Source: Patescibacteria group bacterium (GTDB taxonomy: Bacteria > Patescibacteriota > Minisyncoccia > Phycocordibacterales > PALSA-1337). Taken from it: a stretch of DNA of 57,125 bases. Below the pieces are notes generated by a model. It did not search any database. It was given only the letters and a program-made list of their open reading frames with translations, and was not told the DNA's origin. The position numbers and the translations under genes are program-made. Positions 8,691-16,562 of the stretch are shown here, one piece after another. Positions within the stretch are counted from its first letter, which is position 1; each line of letters opens with the position of its first letter. The DNA lies in the NCBI GenBank assembly GCA_018970245.1, contig JAGWWT010000005.1, positions 1 to 57,125 on the forward strand, given 5' to 3'.

Positions 8691-10095
8691 CTATCATTCC
8701 TCTGAATCCGTGCGAGCCGAGGAAGGCGATCACGTCGCCGCTCTTGGCGTTTTCGACGAGGTGCTCCACTAGCTCCTGGTCGTCCTCTATATATGATGCG
8801 TTCGCGTGCGTCTTCTTTATGATGCCCGCCAATTCCTGGCCTTCGATGGGCCTGTCCGCTTCGTTTTCCGCCATCTTCAGCTTGGTGAGCTTGGGGATGA
8901 CGACCTCGTCCGCGGATGCGAATGCGCCATCGTACTTGGCTATGGCTTCTCGCCGGCGGCCTCCGGTATTCGGCTCGAATACGGCGATCACTCTGCCTGG
9001 GTATATCGACTTCAATGCATGCAGGACCGACGCGGCCTTCTCAGGCGAATGGGCGATATCGTCTATGACCGCCACATTCCGGCCGGTGTCGCGCTCATCC
9101 AAGCGCTTCTCGAGGCGGCGCTTCAGGCCTTTGAATCTGGTCAAGGCGTCTGCTATCCGATCCGGCGCAGCGCCGAGCTCGCTCGCCATGGCGAAACAGC
9201 CGCAGATGTTCTCCGCTTGGTACAGGCCGAGCATCGGGGACTTGATCTTGAAAGCCTTCCCGCCGTGCACGATCGTGAGCTTGAGCCCGTCTCTAGATTG
9301 GCTGACGTCCTTGTACTCGTAATCCAGCGTTGGCGTTGGACGGGCGCGTCCGTAAGAGATCTTCTTGCCGCCATATGCGCTGACGATCTTCATGGCGCCT
9401 TCATTGTCCGCGCAGGCGATGACCGAGCCGTCTTCCGGCAGGATCGCCATGAGCTTCTTGAAGGCCTCGAAATACGCCGCCTCGGTCGGATAGAGGTCGG
9501 CATGGTCCCAGGAGACGGCCGAGAGGAGGACGCGGGTGGGCTTGTAGTGGAAGAACTTCGCGCGGGGATCAGTGGGCGAGCTCTTGTACTCGTCGCCCTC
9601 GAAGATGCTCAAACCGGAATCCGTCAGCTTGGCCGAGGCTTCGTGCGACAGGGAGACGCCGCCGAACATATAGCTCGGGTCGAAGCCGGCTTCAGTCATG
9701 ATGAATGAGAGCATCGCCGCCGAAGAGGTCTTGCCCCAAGTGCCGCAGCAGACGATCGATTCCTTCCTGGCGAAATAGCGGCCGATGGCTTCCGGGTACG
9801 AGAGAGCCAGGATGCCTTTCTCTTTGGCCAGGAGAGCCTCGGGATTGTGGGTGCCGGAAGCTGTGCCGACTATCACGAGGTCTGGAAGGCCGCCCTCAGC
9901 CGGGTCGGACATCTTCTCCGGATGCCAGCCGGCGTAGAAGGGGATGCTATGCTTCTCGAGCTCGGTCGAGACGGGCGGGAAGAAGCCTTTGTCGCTTCCG
10001 GTCACTTTGACGCCGCGCTTATGGAAAGCGATGGCGAGCGCGCTCATGGCGACGCCGCAGATGCCGATCACATGGATGTGTTTGGGGAGAGTCAT
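8662..10095 (-). CDS. mpl: Mur ligase, Mpl/MurC type (UDP-N-acetylmuramate:peptide or L-alanine ligase)
   Basis: The N-terminus 'IHVIGICGVAMSALAIAFHKRGVKVTGSDKGFFPPVSTELEK' resembles Mpl more than MurC. The P-loop is 'CCGTWGKTSS'. It may be the functional MurC in this genome. Confidence 0.8.
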   Translation of the reverse strand: MTLPKHIHVIGICGVAMSALAIAFHKRGVKVTGSDKGFFPPVSTELEKHSIPFYAGWHPEKMSDPAEGGLPDLVIVGTASGTHNPEALLAKEKGILALSYPEAIGRYFARKESIVCCGTWGKTSSAAMLSFIMTEAGFDPSYMFGGVSLSHEASAKLTDSGLSIFEGDEYKSSPTDPRAKFFHYKPTRVLLSAVSWDHADLYPTEAAYFEAFKKLMAILPEDGSVIACADNEGAMKIVSAYGGKKISYGRARPTPTLDYEYKDVSQSRDGLKLTIVHGGKAFKIKSPMLGLYQAENICGCFAMASELGAAPDRIADALTRFKGLKRRLEKRLDERDTGRNVAVIDDIAHSPEKAASVLHALKSIYPGRVIAVFEPNTGGRRREAIAKYDGAFASADEVVIPKLTKLKMAENEADRPIEGQELAGIIKKTHANASYIEDDQELVEHLVENAKSGDVIAFLGSHGFRGMIEESIKSIKS

Positions 10096-10110
10096 GGTGA
10101 AAGCAGGAAG

Positions 10111-10160
10111 ATTATGAAGTCATAAAGTCATAAAGTCTTAAAGTCTATGAAGTCGATAAG
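10111..10160. repeat. Word array (AAGTCATAAAGTC units), inverted relative to the words at 8624-8690
   Basis: The sequence is attatgaagtcataaagtcataaagtcttaaagtctatgaagtcgataag. 'gtcataaagtc' is the reverse complement of the gactttatgac-type words on the other side of mpl. Confidence 0.75.
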
Positions 10161-10801
10161 GCCGAAAGGATCTTTTTGACGGCGTCCAGATCGGTCTGCC
10201 AAGCCTTGCCGTCGAACCATTCTAGGCCAGAGAATTGCAGCTTGTATGTATCGGAAGGCCGCTGGAGCGAGCCGAGGTAGATATGCCGCTTCCCGCTGCT
10301 CCGCGCCCATTCGGCGGCCTTGGTCATCATGCCTAGCCCCATGTCTTTCGGCGACGACCCCAGGGGATAGAAGGGGTAAGAATAATGCAGCATCGCCGGA
10401 CCGGCATAGCAGATGGCATGACCTTCGGGATCCGAAAAATCCAGCATGAGATTGAAATTGCTCTTCGATGCGTCGGTCAGCATCTCCTTCACTTTCTGCG
10501 CGCTCATGATGCCTGGGCCGAATTTCGTGTCATAGAAATCCTTGGCCATCTTGCCCAGGCGGAAGTCGTAGTCGGCGACCGGCGCTTTCCGTTCGGAAAG
10601 CATGACGCCGGGGACCTTCTTGAGGATGCGCCTATTCTCGCTCGACAGCTCGAACTTCGAGAGATCTATCCTGACCGAGCGCGTCTGATGCATCACGCCC
10701 TTGCCCAGCCGCGTGAAAACGTAGCCTTTTTCATACATCTCGCTGACGGCCGTGTCGGAGAAGTCGGTGATCGTTTTTTGGTCCCAATGTAAGTATTTCA
10801 T
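10145..10801 (-). CDS. Arginyl/leucyl-tRNA--protein transferase-like protein (ATE/Bpt family, GNAT/Fem-like fold)
   Basis: 'KGYVFTRLGKGVMHQTRSVRIDLSKFELSSENRRILKK' aligns with the ATE 'GFRRSG...RV...F..S.S.RR' block, but the usual Cys residues are absent. The C-terminus has 'YLGSLQ...YKLQFSGLEWFDGKAW'. The start was set at internal ATG 10801, because the upstream 14 codons merely translate the repeat array. Confidence 0.6.
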   Translation of the reverse strand: MKYLHWDQKTITDFSDTAVSEMYEKGYVFTRLGKGVMHQTRSVRIDLSKFELSSENRRILKKVPGVMLSERKAPVADYDFRLGKMAKDFYDTKFGPGIMSAQKVKEMLTDASKSNFNLMLDFSDPEGHAICYAGPAMLHYSYPFYPLGSSPKDMGLGMMTKAAEWARSSGKRHIYLGSLQRPSDTYKLQFSGLEWFDGKAWQTDLDAVKKILSALSTS

Positions 10802-10888
10802 AAGTATTTGGTATTTAGTATCTGGTATCTGGTATGGTCGCATCGCAGCTATACTATATACTAAATACCAAGTACCAAATACTAGATT
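10802..10888. repeat. Palindromic word array of the GGTATTTAGTAT family
   Basis: The left arm is agtatttggtatttagtatctggtatctggtat. The centre is ggtcgcatcgcagct. The right arm atactatatactaaataccaagtaccaaatact is the reverse complement of left-arm-type words. Confidence 0.8.
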
Positions 10889-12034
10889 CTAGTGCAGCGC
10901 CAGCCAGAACCCGAACACCACGAAGAGGAAGTGCAGCACCCAGAACCTCATGACCGTCTTCTCTTCGCTCCAGCCCTTGAGCTCGAAATGATGGTGGAGG
11001 GGCGCCATCTTGAAGACCTTCCGTCCGAGGATGTAGCGTGAAAGGACCTGGATGATGACGGTGATGGCTTCGAGATAGAAGATGAAGCCCAAGAATGGGA
11101 GCGACGCCGTCTCGCCAATGGCCATGGTGTTGACGGCGAGCAGCGCCCCTAGGCCGAGGCTGCCGACGTCGCCCATCATGAAGCGGGCGGGCTTGATATT
11201 GAAATAAGTGTAGGCGATGAGGGCGCCCACGGTCGTGGCGTTGAGGATGGCCACTTCGCCGAAACCGTTTATCCATGAGAGGAGCGTCAGGGCGGAGAAA
11301 GTGATGATGAGCGATCCGCCGGCCAGGCCGTCCATCCCGTCGGCGATGTTCACCGCATTGGCCGTGAACATGACGATGAGGACGATGATCGGCACGATCA
11401 GGATGCCGGCATTCCAGCTATAGTCGAATGGGAAATACACGAAGTGCCACGCCGGCCCGAGCTTGGAATATATCCACCAGGCGGTGAGGACGCCGGCGAT
11501 GAATTGGAGGAGGAGCTTCTCGTGGACGAAGACGCCGCGCGAAGTCCGCGAGCCGAACCAGACCGACATGCGCTTGAAGGCGGCCCAAGGCAGGGTGAGG
11601 GCGTACCAGATCCGCATCCGGAGGTCTTTGTGGACGCGGATGAGGACCAGCTGATGGGCGAGCTTGCGCGAGCGCCTTTCCGTGCCGTAGATGTTCATGA
11701 GGTCGTCGATCGCCCCCAAGCCGGCCGAAAGGAGCATCACGCCCACAGGCACCCAGGTGAAGCTCCTGTTCCAGTCGAGGATGTAGGCGATGATGGCGAC
11801 AGTGAGGATGACCAGAAGGCCGCCCATGACCGGAGTCGTGGCTTTGTAGACGTGCGAACCGAGGGTCTGGAGCTCGATCTTGGCGCCTTTGACGACGTTG
11901 AGGCGGTAGAGGATCCTGGAAAGGAGAGGCGCCCAGATGAACGCCACGGCAGCTCCCAGGAGGACGAAAGTCATGATGTTGGCCAAATCTGCCGTGCCTT
12001 GCAGGATCGTGATCATTGCGCTAAACGATAGCAC
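10889..12034 (-). CDS. mraY: Phospho-N-acetylmuramoyl-pentapeptide transferase
   Basis: It has 'NAVNIADGMDGLAGG', 'MGDVGSLGLGA' and 'FKMAPLHHHFELKGW', with multiple TM helices. An alternative start is at 12016. Confidence 0.92.
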   Translation of the reverse strand: MLSFSAMITILQGTADLANIMTFVLLGAAVAFIWAPLLSRILYRLNVVKGAKIELQTLGSHVYKATTPVMGGLLVILTVAIIAYILDWNRSFTWVPVGVMLLSAGLGAIDDLMNIYGTERRSRKLAHQLVLIRVHKDLRMRIWYALTLPWAAFKRMSVWFGSRTSRGVFVHEKLLLQFIAGVLTAWWIYSKLGPAWHFVYFPFDYSWNAGILIVPIIVLIVMFTANAVNIADGMDGLAGGSLIITFSALTLLSWINGFGEVAILNATTVGALIAYTYFNIKPARFMMGDVGSLGLGALLAVNTMAIGETASLPFLGFIFYLEAITVIIQVLSRYILGRKVFKMAPLHHHFELKGWSEEKTVMRFWVLHFLFVVFGFWLALH

Positions 12035-12192
12035 TTACAGGGCTTCATCTCAAGAAGAGATCTTAGCTTGCCAGGCTGCCGCGATCCATTCATGACAGCG
12101 ACCGAAGATGCGACAGCGCACGATTTCAGCCTTTGTTCCAGCACGCCCATGAAGTTCTCGATGTAGTTCGAAGTCCTTGGAATCGGTAGGTC

Positions 12193-12366
12193 TTTTCATT
12201 TACGGAAATCCATTTCAATGACAAAATCAACGGCTTAGTTGAGCCGTCCCGCGGAAAAATTACAACACACGAGCGACCAGATCGACGTTTCGATAGGATC
12301 TATATATGAGGCTCTCTACCCGCGATATAAGGCTCTCTACCCGCGGCGCTCTCACCGCTCTCCGCT
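12193..12366 (-). repeat. Copy B of the repeated element (inverted relative to 3026-3174), with an internal 21-bp duplication
   Basis: The reverse complement of 12193-12309 matches 3057-3174 with about 5 mismatches. 'aggctctctacccgcg' is duplicated at 12309-12324 and 12330-12345. Confidence 0.85.
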
Positions 12367-12373
12367 CAGCCTA

Positions 12374-13252
12374 TCACTTATCATTTTTTATATCTTCGAA
12401 TAGATTGAGCCGCCTGATCTCCGTTTTCGATTTCTTGGCGCGCTCGAAGAGGCGCTCGGCGCCCTTGACCGAGCCATTCTCAGACCACAAAGCCTCTGTG
12501 AGAGACCGCGCGTGATCCGCAGCGCCGCTCCCTGCACCACTCACGTCGCCGCTCCCTGTGACACTCCCTGTATCGCTCCCAGCGCCGCCCTGGGCGCTAT
12601 TCAGCTCGATGACGCCCTGCCTCACGCCTGTGCCGTAAACGCCGTCTTCAGGGTAGGCGACCGCGTGAGAATAGTGGATCTTCGCCGGCCGCGCAGCGCC
12701 CTCATAGCCGACTCGATCGACGACCAGGATATGGTCGCGCTCTTTTTCCTCGCCGTCGTTCAGCATAGAGATGAAATCGCCGGGCTGGACGCCGTCCAGC
12801 GTCACGATCCGGCTGTTACGGTCGTCAGCCAAGGTGGCCACGTCGCAATTCTCTACCGGCCGGAGCGAGCATCGCACCTTGCCGACCAAGCCCGTGCAAT
12901 TCACGAAATGGATATGCCTCTCGAGCTTGCCATAGCCGCGCGCTTCGGCCTCGGCCGCCAAGACATAGAAGGCGAACGCCGAGCAGTCCACGCCAAGCCC
13001 GCTGTCCGCCAGGATCTTCTTGAGCGTCTCGTCGGCGAGCGCATCCCTGTCTGCGTGCAGCTTGACGGCCACGCTCTCCAGCTCGCTGAGGATGTCCTGC
13101 GGGCTGCCTTTTCCTATCGTGGCGCGCAGAGCCGCCCTCGCCCTCACGGTCTTGTTATTGAAATATGGCACGGAGCAGACCGCCGACCCGAACCGGAAAT
13201 GTATGTACCGGTCGATCATCGAAAGGGCGTTTGCGCTCAGGGTCTGTTCCAT
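12374..13252 (-). CDS. Hypothetical cytoplasmic protein with NlpC/P60-like (papain-fold) Cys/His motif arrangement
   Basis: 'GVDCSAFAFYVL' (candidate nucleophile Cys), 'VQPGDFISML...DHILVVDRV' (candidate His) and then 'HYSHA'. There is no signal peptide. The C-terminus has a low-complexity G/S/A tract. Confidence 0.45.
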   Translation of the reverse strand: MEQTLSANALSMIDRYIHFRFGSAVCSVPYFNNKTVRARAALRATIGKGSPQDILSELESVAVKLHADRDALADETLKKILADSGLGVDCSAFAFYVLAAEAEARGYGKLERHIHFVNCTGLVGKVRCSLRPVENCDVATLADDRNSRIVTLDGVQPGDFISMLNDGEEKERDHILVVDRVGYEGAARPAKIHYSHAVAYPEDGVYGTGVRQGVIELNSAQGGAGSDTGSVTGSGDVSGAGSGAADHARSLTEALWSENGSVKGAERLFERAKKSKTEIRRLNLFEDIKNDK

Positions 13253-13260
13253 GGTTCGGG

Positions 13261-14520
13261 CTAGATCTTCAGGTTCAGATGGGACCTCTTTATGGCCTCG
13301 GCGATCTCCGTGCCTCGCGAGTTGAAGGCCTTGTGATCGCTCATGATCGACGTGTCGGATTGCACCCGGAGGAGGTCTGAATTCATGGCCGTGTTCTGGT
13401 AAGCCAGCGTCCCGAAGCCGGACTTCTCGAGCGACTTGGCCGCGTCATCGAAGATGCTCTCCACATTCTTGGTCACTCTCTGGATGATCTGCGCGCCGTC
13501 GGATATCTCGACCAAGTCCTGGTCGATCGGCAGATCGAGGAGGGCGCGGAGATGGGCCTCGAATGTCGTCAGGCCTTTGGCGCCTCGGGACTTCCTGGCG
13601 GCATCCTGCAGGTTCGATTCGAAGGTCGTCGACGCCGGCTGCCGCGCATTGACCTCGATGAGATAGAAGCGGCCGCGGGACTCGTCCTTGATGAGGTCGA
13701 TGCCGAAGAGGCCCTTCCAGCCATCGGCCTGGAGCTTGGCGCCGATCTCCTTCGCCATGCCGCGGATCGCCGAGGCATCGTCGGGCGAAAGGAGGCGCGC
13801 CGCCAAGCCCCAGTCGTTGCCGATCGTGGTGAAGCTGCTGTCCGTGAATGGAGGCAGGCCGGTGATCTGGTAGCTCGGATTGGCTACGAGGACGCGGTCT
13901 TTGGTCACCACGGCATTGGCCGTGAATGAAGGGCCGTCGACGAAAGCCGTGACCCTGGCCATGCGCTCTGGGAACCGATCCTGGATGGCGCGCAGGTCGT
14001 CGGGAGCCCTCACGAGAGAAGTGCCGTCGCCGGTGTGGCCATGGGCCCATTGGACCACGAACGGCTCATCTGATTTCCAAGTGATGTATTTGGCGAGCTT
14101 CGCGGCATGAGGAGGGAGATATTTCGCGCCGAGCGGTCCGAGCCAGCGGAGCTGGGAGAGCTTGTTCTCGACGCGCTCCGATAGAGAGGCTGGCGGGTTG
14201 AGGAGCCGGCGGCCGAGGGCTTTGGCGGCGGTCTCGACTCGGACGGTGTTCTTGAATACGAGGATGGAGGCCTCCGGACCGAGCTCGTCCATGAGGGATC
14301 TGGTCGAGGGGTGCTGCAGCAGCTCGGTCGTGCCCAGGATCCCGCCGTCTCTGGCGGACTTCTCGTCTATGAGCGTGACGCATCCTGGATGATCCGCCGA
14401 GACCGATTCGCCGTAGAGGGTCTTTCCTGAGACGATCCGGTAGTTGCTGGAGGGCGCCGATCCGAGCGCGCGCTCGATCTCGCGGCTCACATAGACGACA
14501 GGTTTCTCTGGGAAAGCCAT
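13261..14520 (-). CDS. ATP-grasp domain protein (unknown ligase)
   Basis: 'GLFGIDLIKDESRGRFYLIEVNARQPAST' is a typical ATP-grasp C-terminal catalytic block, with a central nucleotide-binding region upstream. The conservative start is at 14520 (MAFPEKPVVYV). Alternative starts at 14583 and 14697 would overlap the rsmI promoter or start. Confidence 0.7.
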   Translation of the reverse strand: MAFPEKPVVYVSREIERALGSAPSSNYRIVSGKTLYGESVSADHPGCVTLIDEKSARDGGILGTTELLQHPSTRSLMDELGPEASILVFKNTVRVETAAKALGRRLLNPPASLSERVENKLSQLRWLGPLGAKYLPPHAAKLAKYITWKSDEPFVVQWAHGHTGDGTSLVRAPDDLRAIQDRFPERMARVTAFVDGPSFTANAVVTKDRVLVANPSYQITGLPPFTDSSFTTIGNDWGLAARLLSPDDASAIRGMAKEIGAKLQADGWKGLFGIDLIKDESRGRFYLIEVNARQPASTTFESNLQDAARKSRGAKGLTTFEAHLRALLDLPIDQDLVEISDGAQIIQRVTKNVESIFDDAAKSLEKSGFGTLAYQNTAMNSDLLRVQSDTSIMSDHKAFNSRGTEIAEAIKRSHLNLKI

Positions 14521-14546
14521 GGATTGCAGTCTATTCTTAATCGCCT

Positions 14547-14575
14547 TTGCACGCAAGCCGGCGCCGATGTAGAGT
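14547..14575 (+). promoter_or_regulatory. Candidate sigma-70-type promoter for rsmI (TTGCAC-17-TAGAGT)
   Basis: The -35 ttgcac is at 14547-14552, the spacer is 17 nt, and the -10 tagagt is at 14570-14575. The ATG at 14582 lies 7 nt after the -10, which suggests a leaderless mRNA. Confidence 0.4.
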
Positions 14576-14581
14576 AGCTCC

Positions 14582-15280
14582 ATGTCGAAGCTTTCTATCG
14601 TCGGCACGCCCATAGGCAACCTCGGCGACCTGACCATCCGGGCCCTCGATGCCCTGAAATCGGCCGATATCGTCCTATGCGAGGACACTAGGGTCACGAA
14701 GAAGCTCCTTTCGCATTACGGCCTCGAGAAGCCGACGCTGTCGTACCATTCTCATTCGAAGCTTTCGCGGAGCGATGAGATCATCGGGCTCATCAGAGAA
14801 GGCAAGGAACTGGCGCTCGTGTCCGATGCCGGCACGCCGGGGATATCCGATCCCGGCGCCGAGCTAGTCAGCCGCGTCCGCGAGGCGCTCTCGGCGGAGA
14901 TCGATTCGGGGGTCGTGAAGATAGAAGCCATTCCAGGACCTTCTGCGCTGGTCGTAGCGCTCTCGATCGCCGGCGTGCCCTGCGCCGATTTCACATTCCT
15001 GGGATTCTTGCCGCACAAGAAGGGGAGGGAGACTCTATTCAAAGAGATCGCGTCGTCCGAGCGCACGATGGTCTTCTATGAATCGCCGCATAGGATCTTG
15101 AGATCCCTGCTTTCGCTCGCGGACCATCTCGGACCTGGGTCGAAGAAGGCCGTCACCGTCTGCCGCGAGCTCACCAAGATATACGAAGAGGTGAAGAGCG
15201 GTCCGGCTGAGTCAGTCCTCGAGTTCTTCGAGGCGCATCCTGACAAAGTCCGCGGCGAATTCGTGGTCATCGTATCCTGA
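14582..15280 (+). CDS. rsmI: 16S rRNA (cytidine1402-2'-O)-methyltransferase
   Basis: It has 'LSIVGTPIGNLGDLTIRALDALKSADIVLCEDTR' and 'VSDAGTPGISDPG', the tetrapyrrole-methylase-fold RsmI signatures. Confidence 0.9.
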   Translation: MSKLSIVGTPIGNLGDLTIRALDALKSADIVLCEDTRVTKKLLSHYGLEKPTLSYHSHSKLSRSDEIIGLIREGKELALVSDAGTPGISDPGAELVSRVREALSAEIDSGVVKIEAIPGPSALVVALSIAGVPCADFTFLGFLPHKKGRETLFKEIASSERTMVFYESPHRILRSLLSLADHLGPGSKKAVTVCRELTKIYEEVKSGPAESVLEFFEAHPDKVRGEFVVIVS

Positions 15281-15281
15281 T

Positions 15282-15317
15282 GCGCTCAGCTCATGGCGCG
15301 CGCTCAGCTCATGGCGC
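15282..15317. repeat. Perfect 18-bp tandem duplication (gcgctcagctcatggcgc x2)
   Basis: Identical 18-mers sit at 15282-15299 and 15300-15317, immediately after the rsmI stop. Confidence 0.85.
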
Positions 15318-15360
15318 GCGATAAAAAATGCCTAATCGCCGGAGCGAGTAGGCTCGATGC

Positions 15361-15753
15361 TCATATGCCCATGCGTTCGAAGCCGTTGGTCTTCGGGCTG
15401 ATCAGTTCCTGGACGCGCTTGACGTCTTTGAACTCTCTGCTCAAGAAGATCGTATCGCCTTGCGACGTCGTGATCTTGAGCCGATGCCGCTTGGACTTCG
15501 AACGGCTGACCTTGCAGTCGTCCAGCTCGAAGCTCTTGGTTTGAGGATCTCCGTAGGCGCGGAGCTTCCTGGGGTTGCCGATCCTGGCCACTATGCGCAT
15601 CTCGCGCAGATTGAGGTGGCCATTGCCGTTCAGGACGTTCATGCCGTGGAATAACCCGACATAATTGTCCCCGATCTCTTTCCGGGTATGAAGCCAGCAC
15701 ACCGTAGGTGAGAATGGCTTCAGATGCTCTAACGTCAATGTTTCCTTAGCCAT
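15361..15753 (-). CDS. Hypothetical protein (130 aa)
   Basis: The ORF starts at an internal ATG (MAKETLTLEHL). On the minus strand it is followed by the hairpin gccta-n14-taggc plus a T-run (about 15326-15359). I recognise no motif. Confidence 0.4.
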   Translation of the reverse strand: MAKETLTLEHLKPFSPTVCWLHTRKEIGDNYVGLFHGMNVLNGNGHLNLREMRIVARIGNPRKLRAYGDPQTKSFELDDCKVSRSKSKRHRLKITTSQGDTIFLSREFKDVKRVQELISPKTNGFERMGI

Positions 15754-15807
15754 AACACCTTCTAGTTTCTGGCGCAATCATAGCACTTTGGGTATACTGT
15801 GGGAACT

Positions 15808-16017
15808 ATGTCCAAGCGCCAGATCATCATGGTCTTAGGAGCGATCGTCGTCATCTTGCCGTTCTCCAGCTTTCCTTCAGGATGGATAGAGGCGGGCATC
15901 GTGATATGCGGCCTCGCCGTGATCGCTATCGCTTATTCTATGGGCCCGAAGGCCCGCTCATCGGCCCATTCCGGCGACATGCCGTTCGTCGAGAGCAAGG
16001 GCGAGCCGCACCCCTAG
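15808..16017 (+). CDS. Small membrane protein (69 aa, two predicted TM helices)
   Basis: 'IIMVLGAIVVILPF' and 'GIVICGLAVIAIAY' are hydrophobic helices. A TATACT -10-like box sits at 15793-15798, just upstream. An alternative GTG start is at 15799. Confidence 0.45.
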   Translation: MSKRQIIMVLGAIVVILPFSSFPSGWIEAGIVICGLAVIAIAYSMGPKARSSAHSGDMPFVESKGEPHP

Positions 16018-16189
16018 CCCTTGCGCTTTTATTCCTGCGTGGTAGGATTTTATTCCGGAGTTCAAGAAAGAGCACAAAAGTTCATCGTATCGCTCGCCTG
16101 TGAAGGTATCCGGTTGGACTCAAGCTGTAATCGGTTCCTCGACTTATCGGATGAGATACGATGGCAAGAAAAGTCCGTTGAAACGAAAA

Positions 16190-16459
16190 ATGGTTATGGC
16201 TAAAGCGTGCAGCACGGTGGAACCTCTGACGGTTCCGAAAGGAGTCATCAACGACCGCAAGGCTCTGGATCATTGGCTCGACGAAAAGGCCGAGATGATC
16301 TCCGAGCAACCCATACCGTCCGGCGATGGCATGACTAACTTGTATGCCATCGGCAACCGAGGCAAGATCTCTGCCCCGGCCGATCGGGCGTTCGGCAAGA
16401 TCAGGCTGGTCTTGGAAGCCTTAGTGGAAAACAAGCAGCTGGCCGTCGCTCCTGTCTGA
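16190..16459 (+). CDS. Hypothetical protein (89 aa)
   Basis: It has a G/C-rich third codon position and is followed by a strong intrinsic terminator at 16523-16561. The start was set at ATG 16190; the longer ORF begins at 16100. Confidence 0.45.
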   Translation: MVMAKACSTVEPLTVPKGVINDRKALDHWLDEKAEMISEQPIPSGDGMTNLYAIGNRGKISAPADRAFGKIRLVLEALVENKQLAVAPV

Positions 16460-16522
16460 CACGTTCCGTTTATAAAGCCACCCGGCCCTGAAAGGAGAGT
16501 AGGCCGGATCCGTATCCGTTAG

Positions 16523-16561
16523 ACCCTCATCGCGCAGTTCGGCGATGGGGGTTGTTTTTTT
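16523..16561 (+). terminator. Rho-independent terminator
   Basis: The stem is accctcatcgc / gcgatgggggt (11 bp including one G-U pair) with an 8-nt loop, followed by tgttttttt. Confidence 0.65.
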
Positions 16562-16562
16562 A

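Noticed and set aside
3026-12366. The 9-kb segment bounded by the inverted repeats considered as a composite transposon or genomic island.
   Set aside because: The content is core housekeeping (pyk, murD, mpl, mraY). There is no transposase or integrase, no obvious target-site duplication, and the GC content matches the flanks. Inversion or shared regulation is more plausible than mobility of the whole segment.
14521-14697. The N-terminal 59-aa extension of the ATP-grasp ORF (start at 14697 or 14583).
   Set aside because: The extension would overlap the rsmI start codon and its candidate promoter, and its sequence is Arg/Ser-rich. The internal ATG at 14520 leaves a sensible divergent promoter region. 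The 14583 start (a CATG overlap with rsmI) remains possible.
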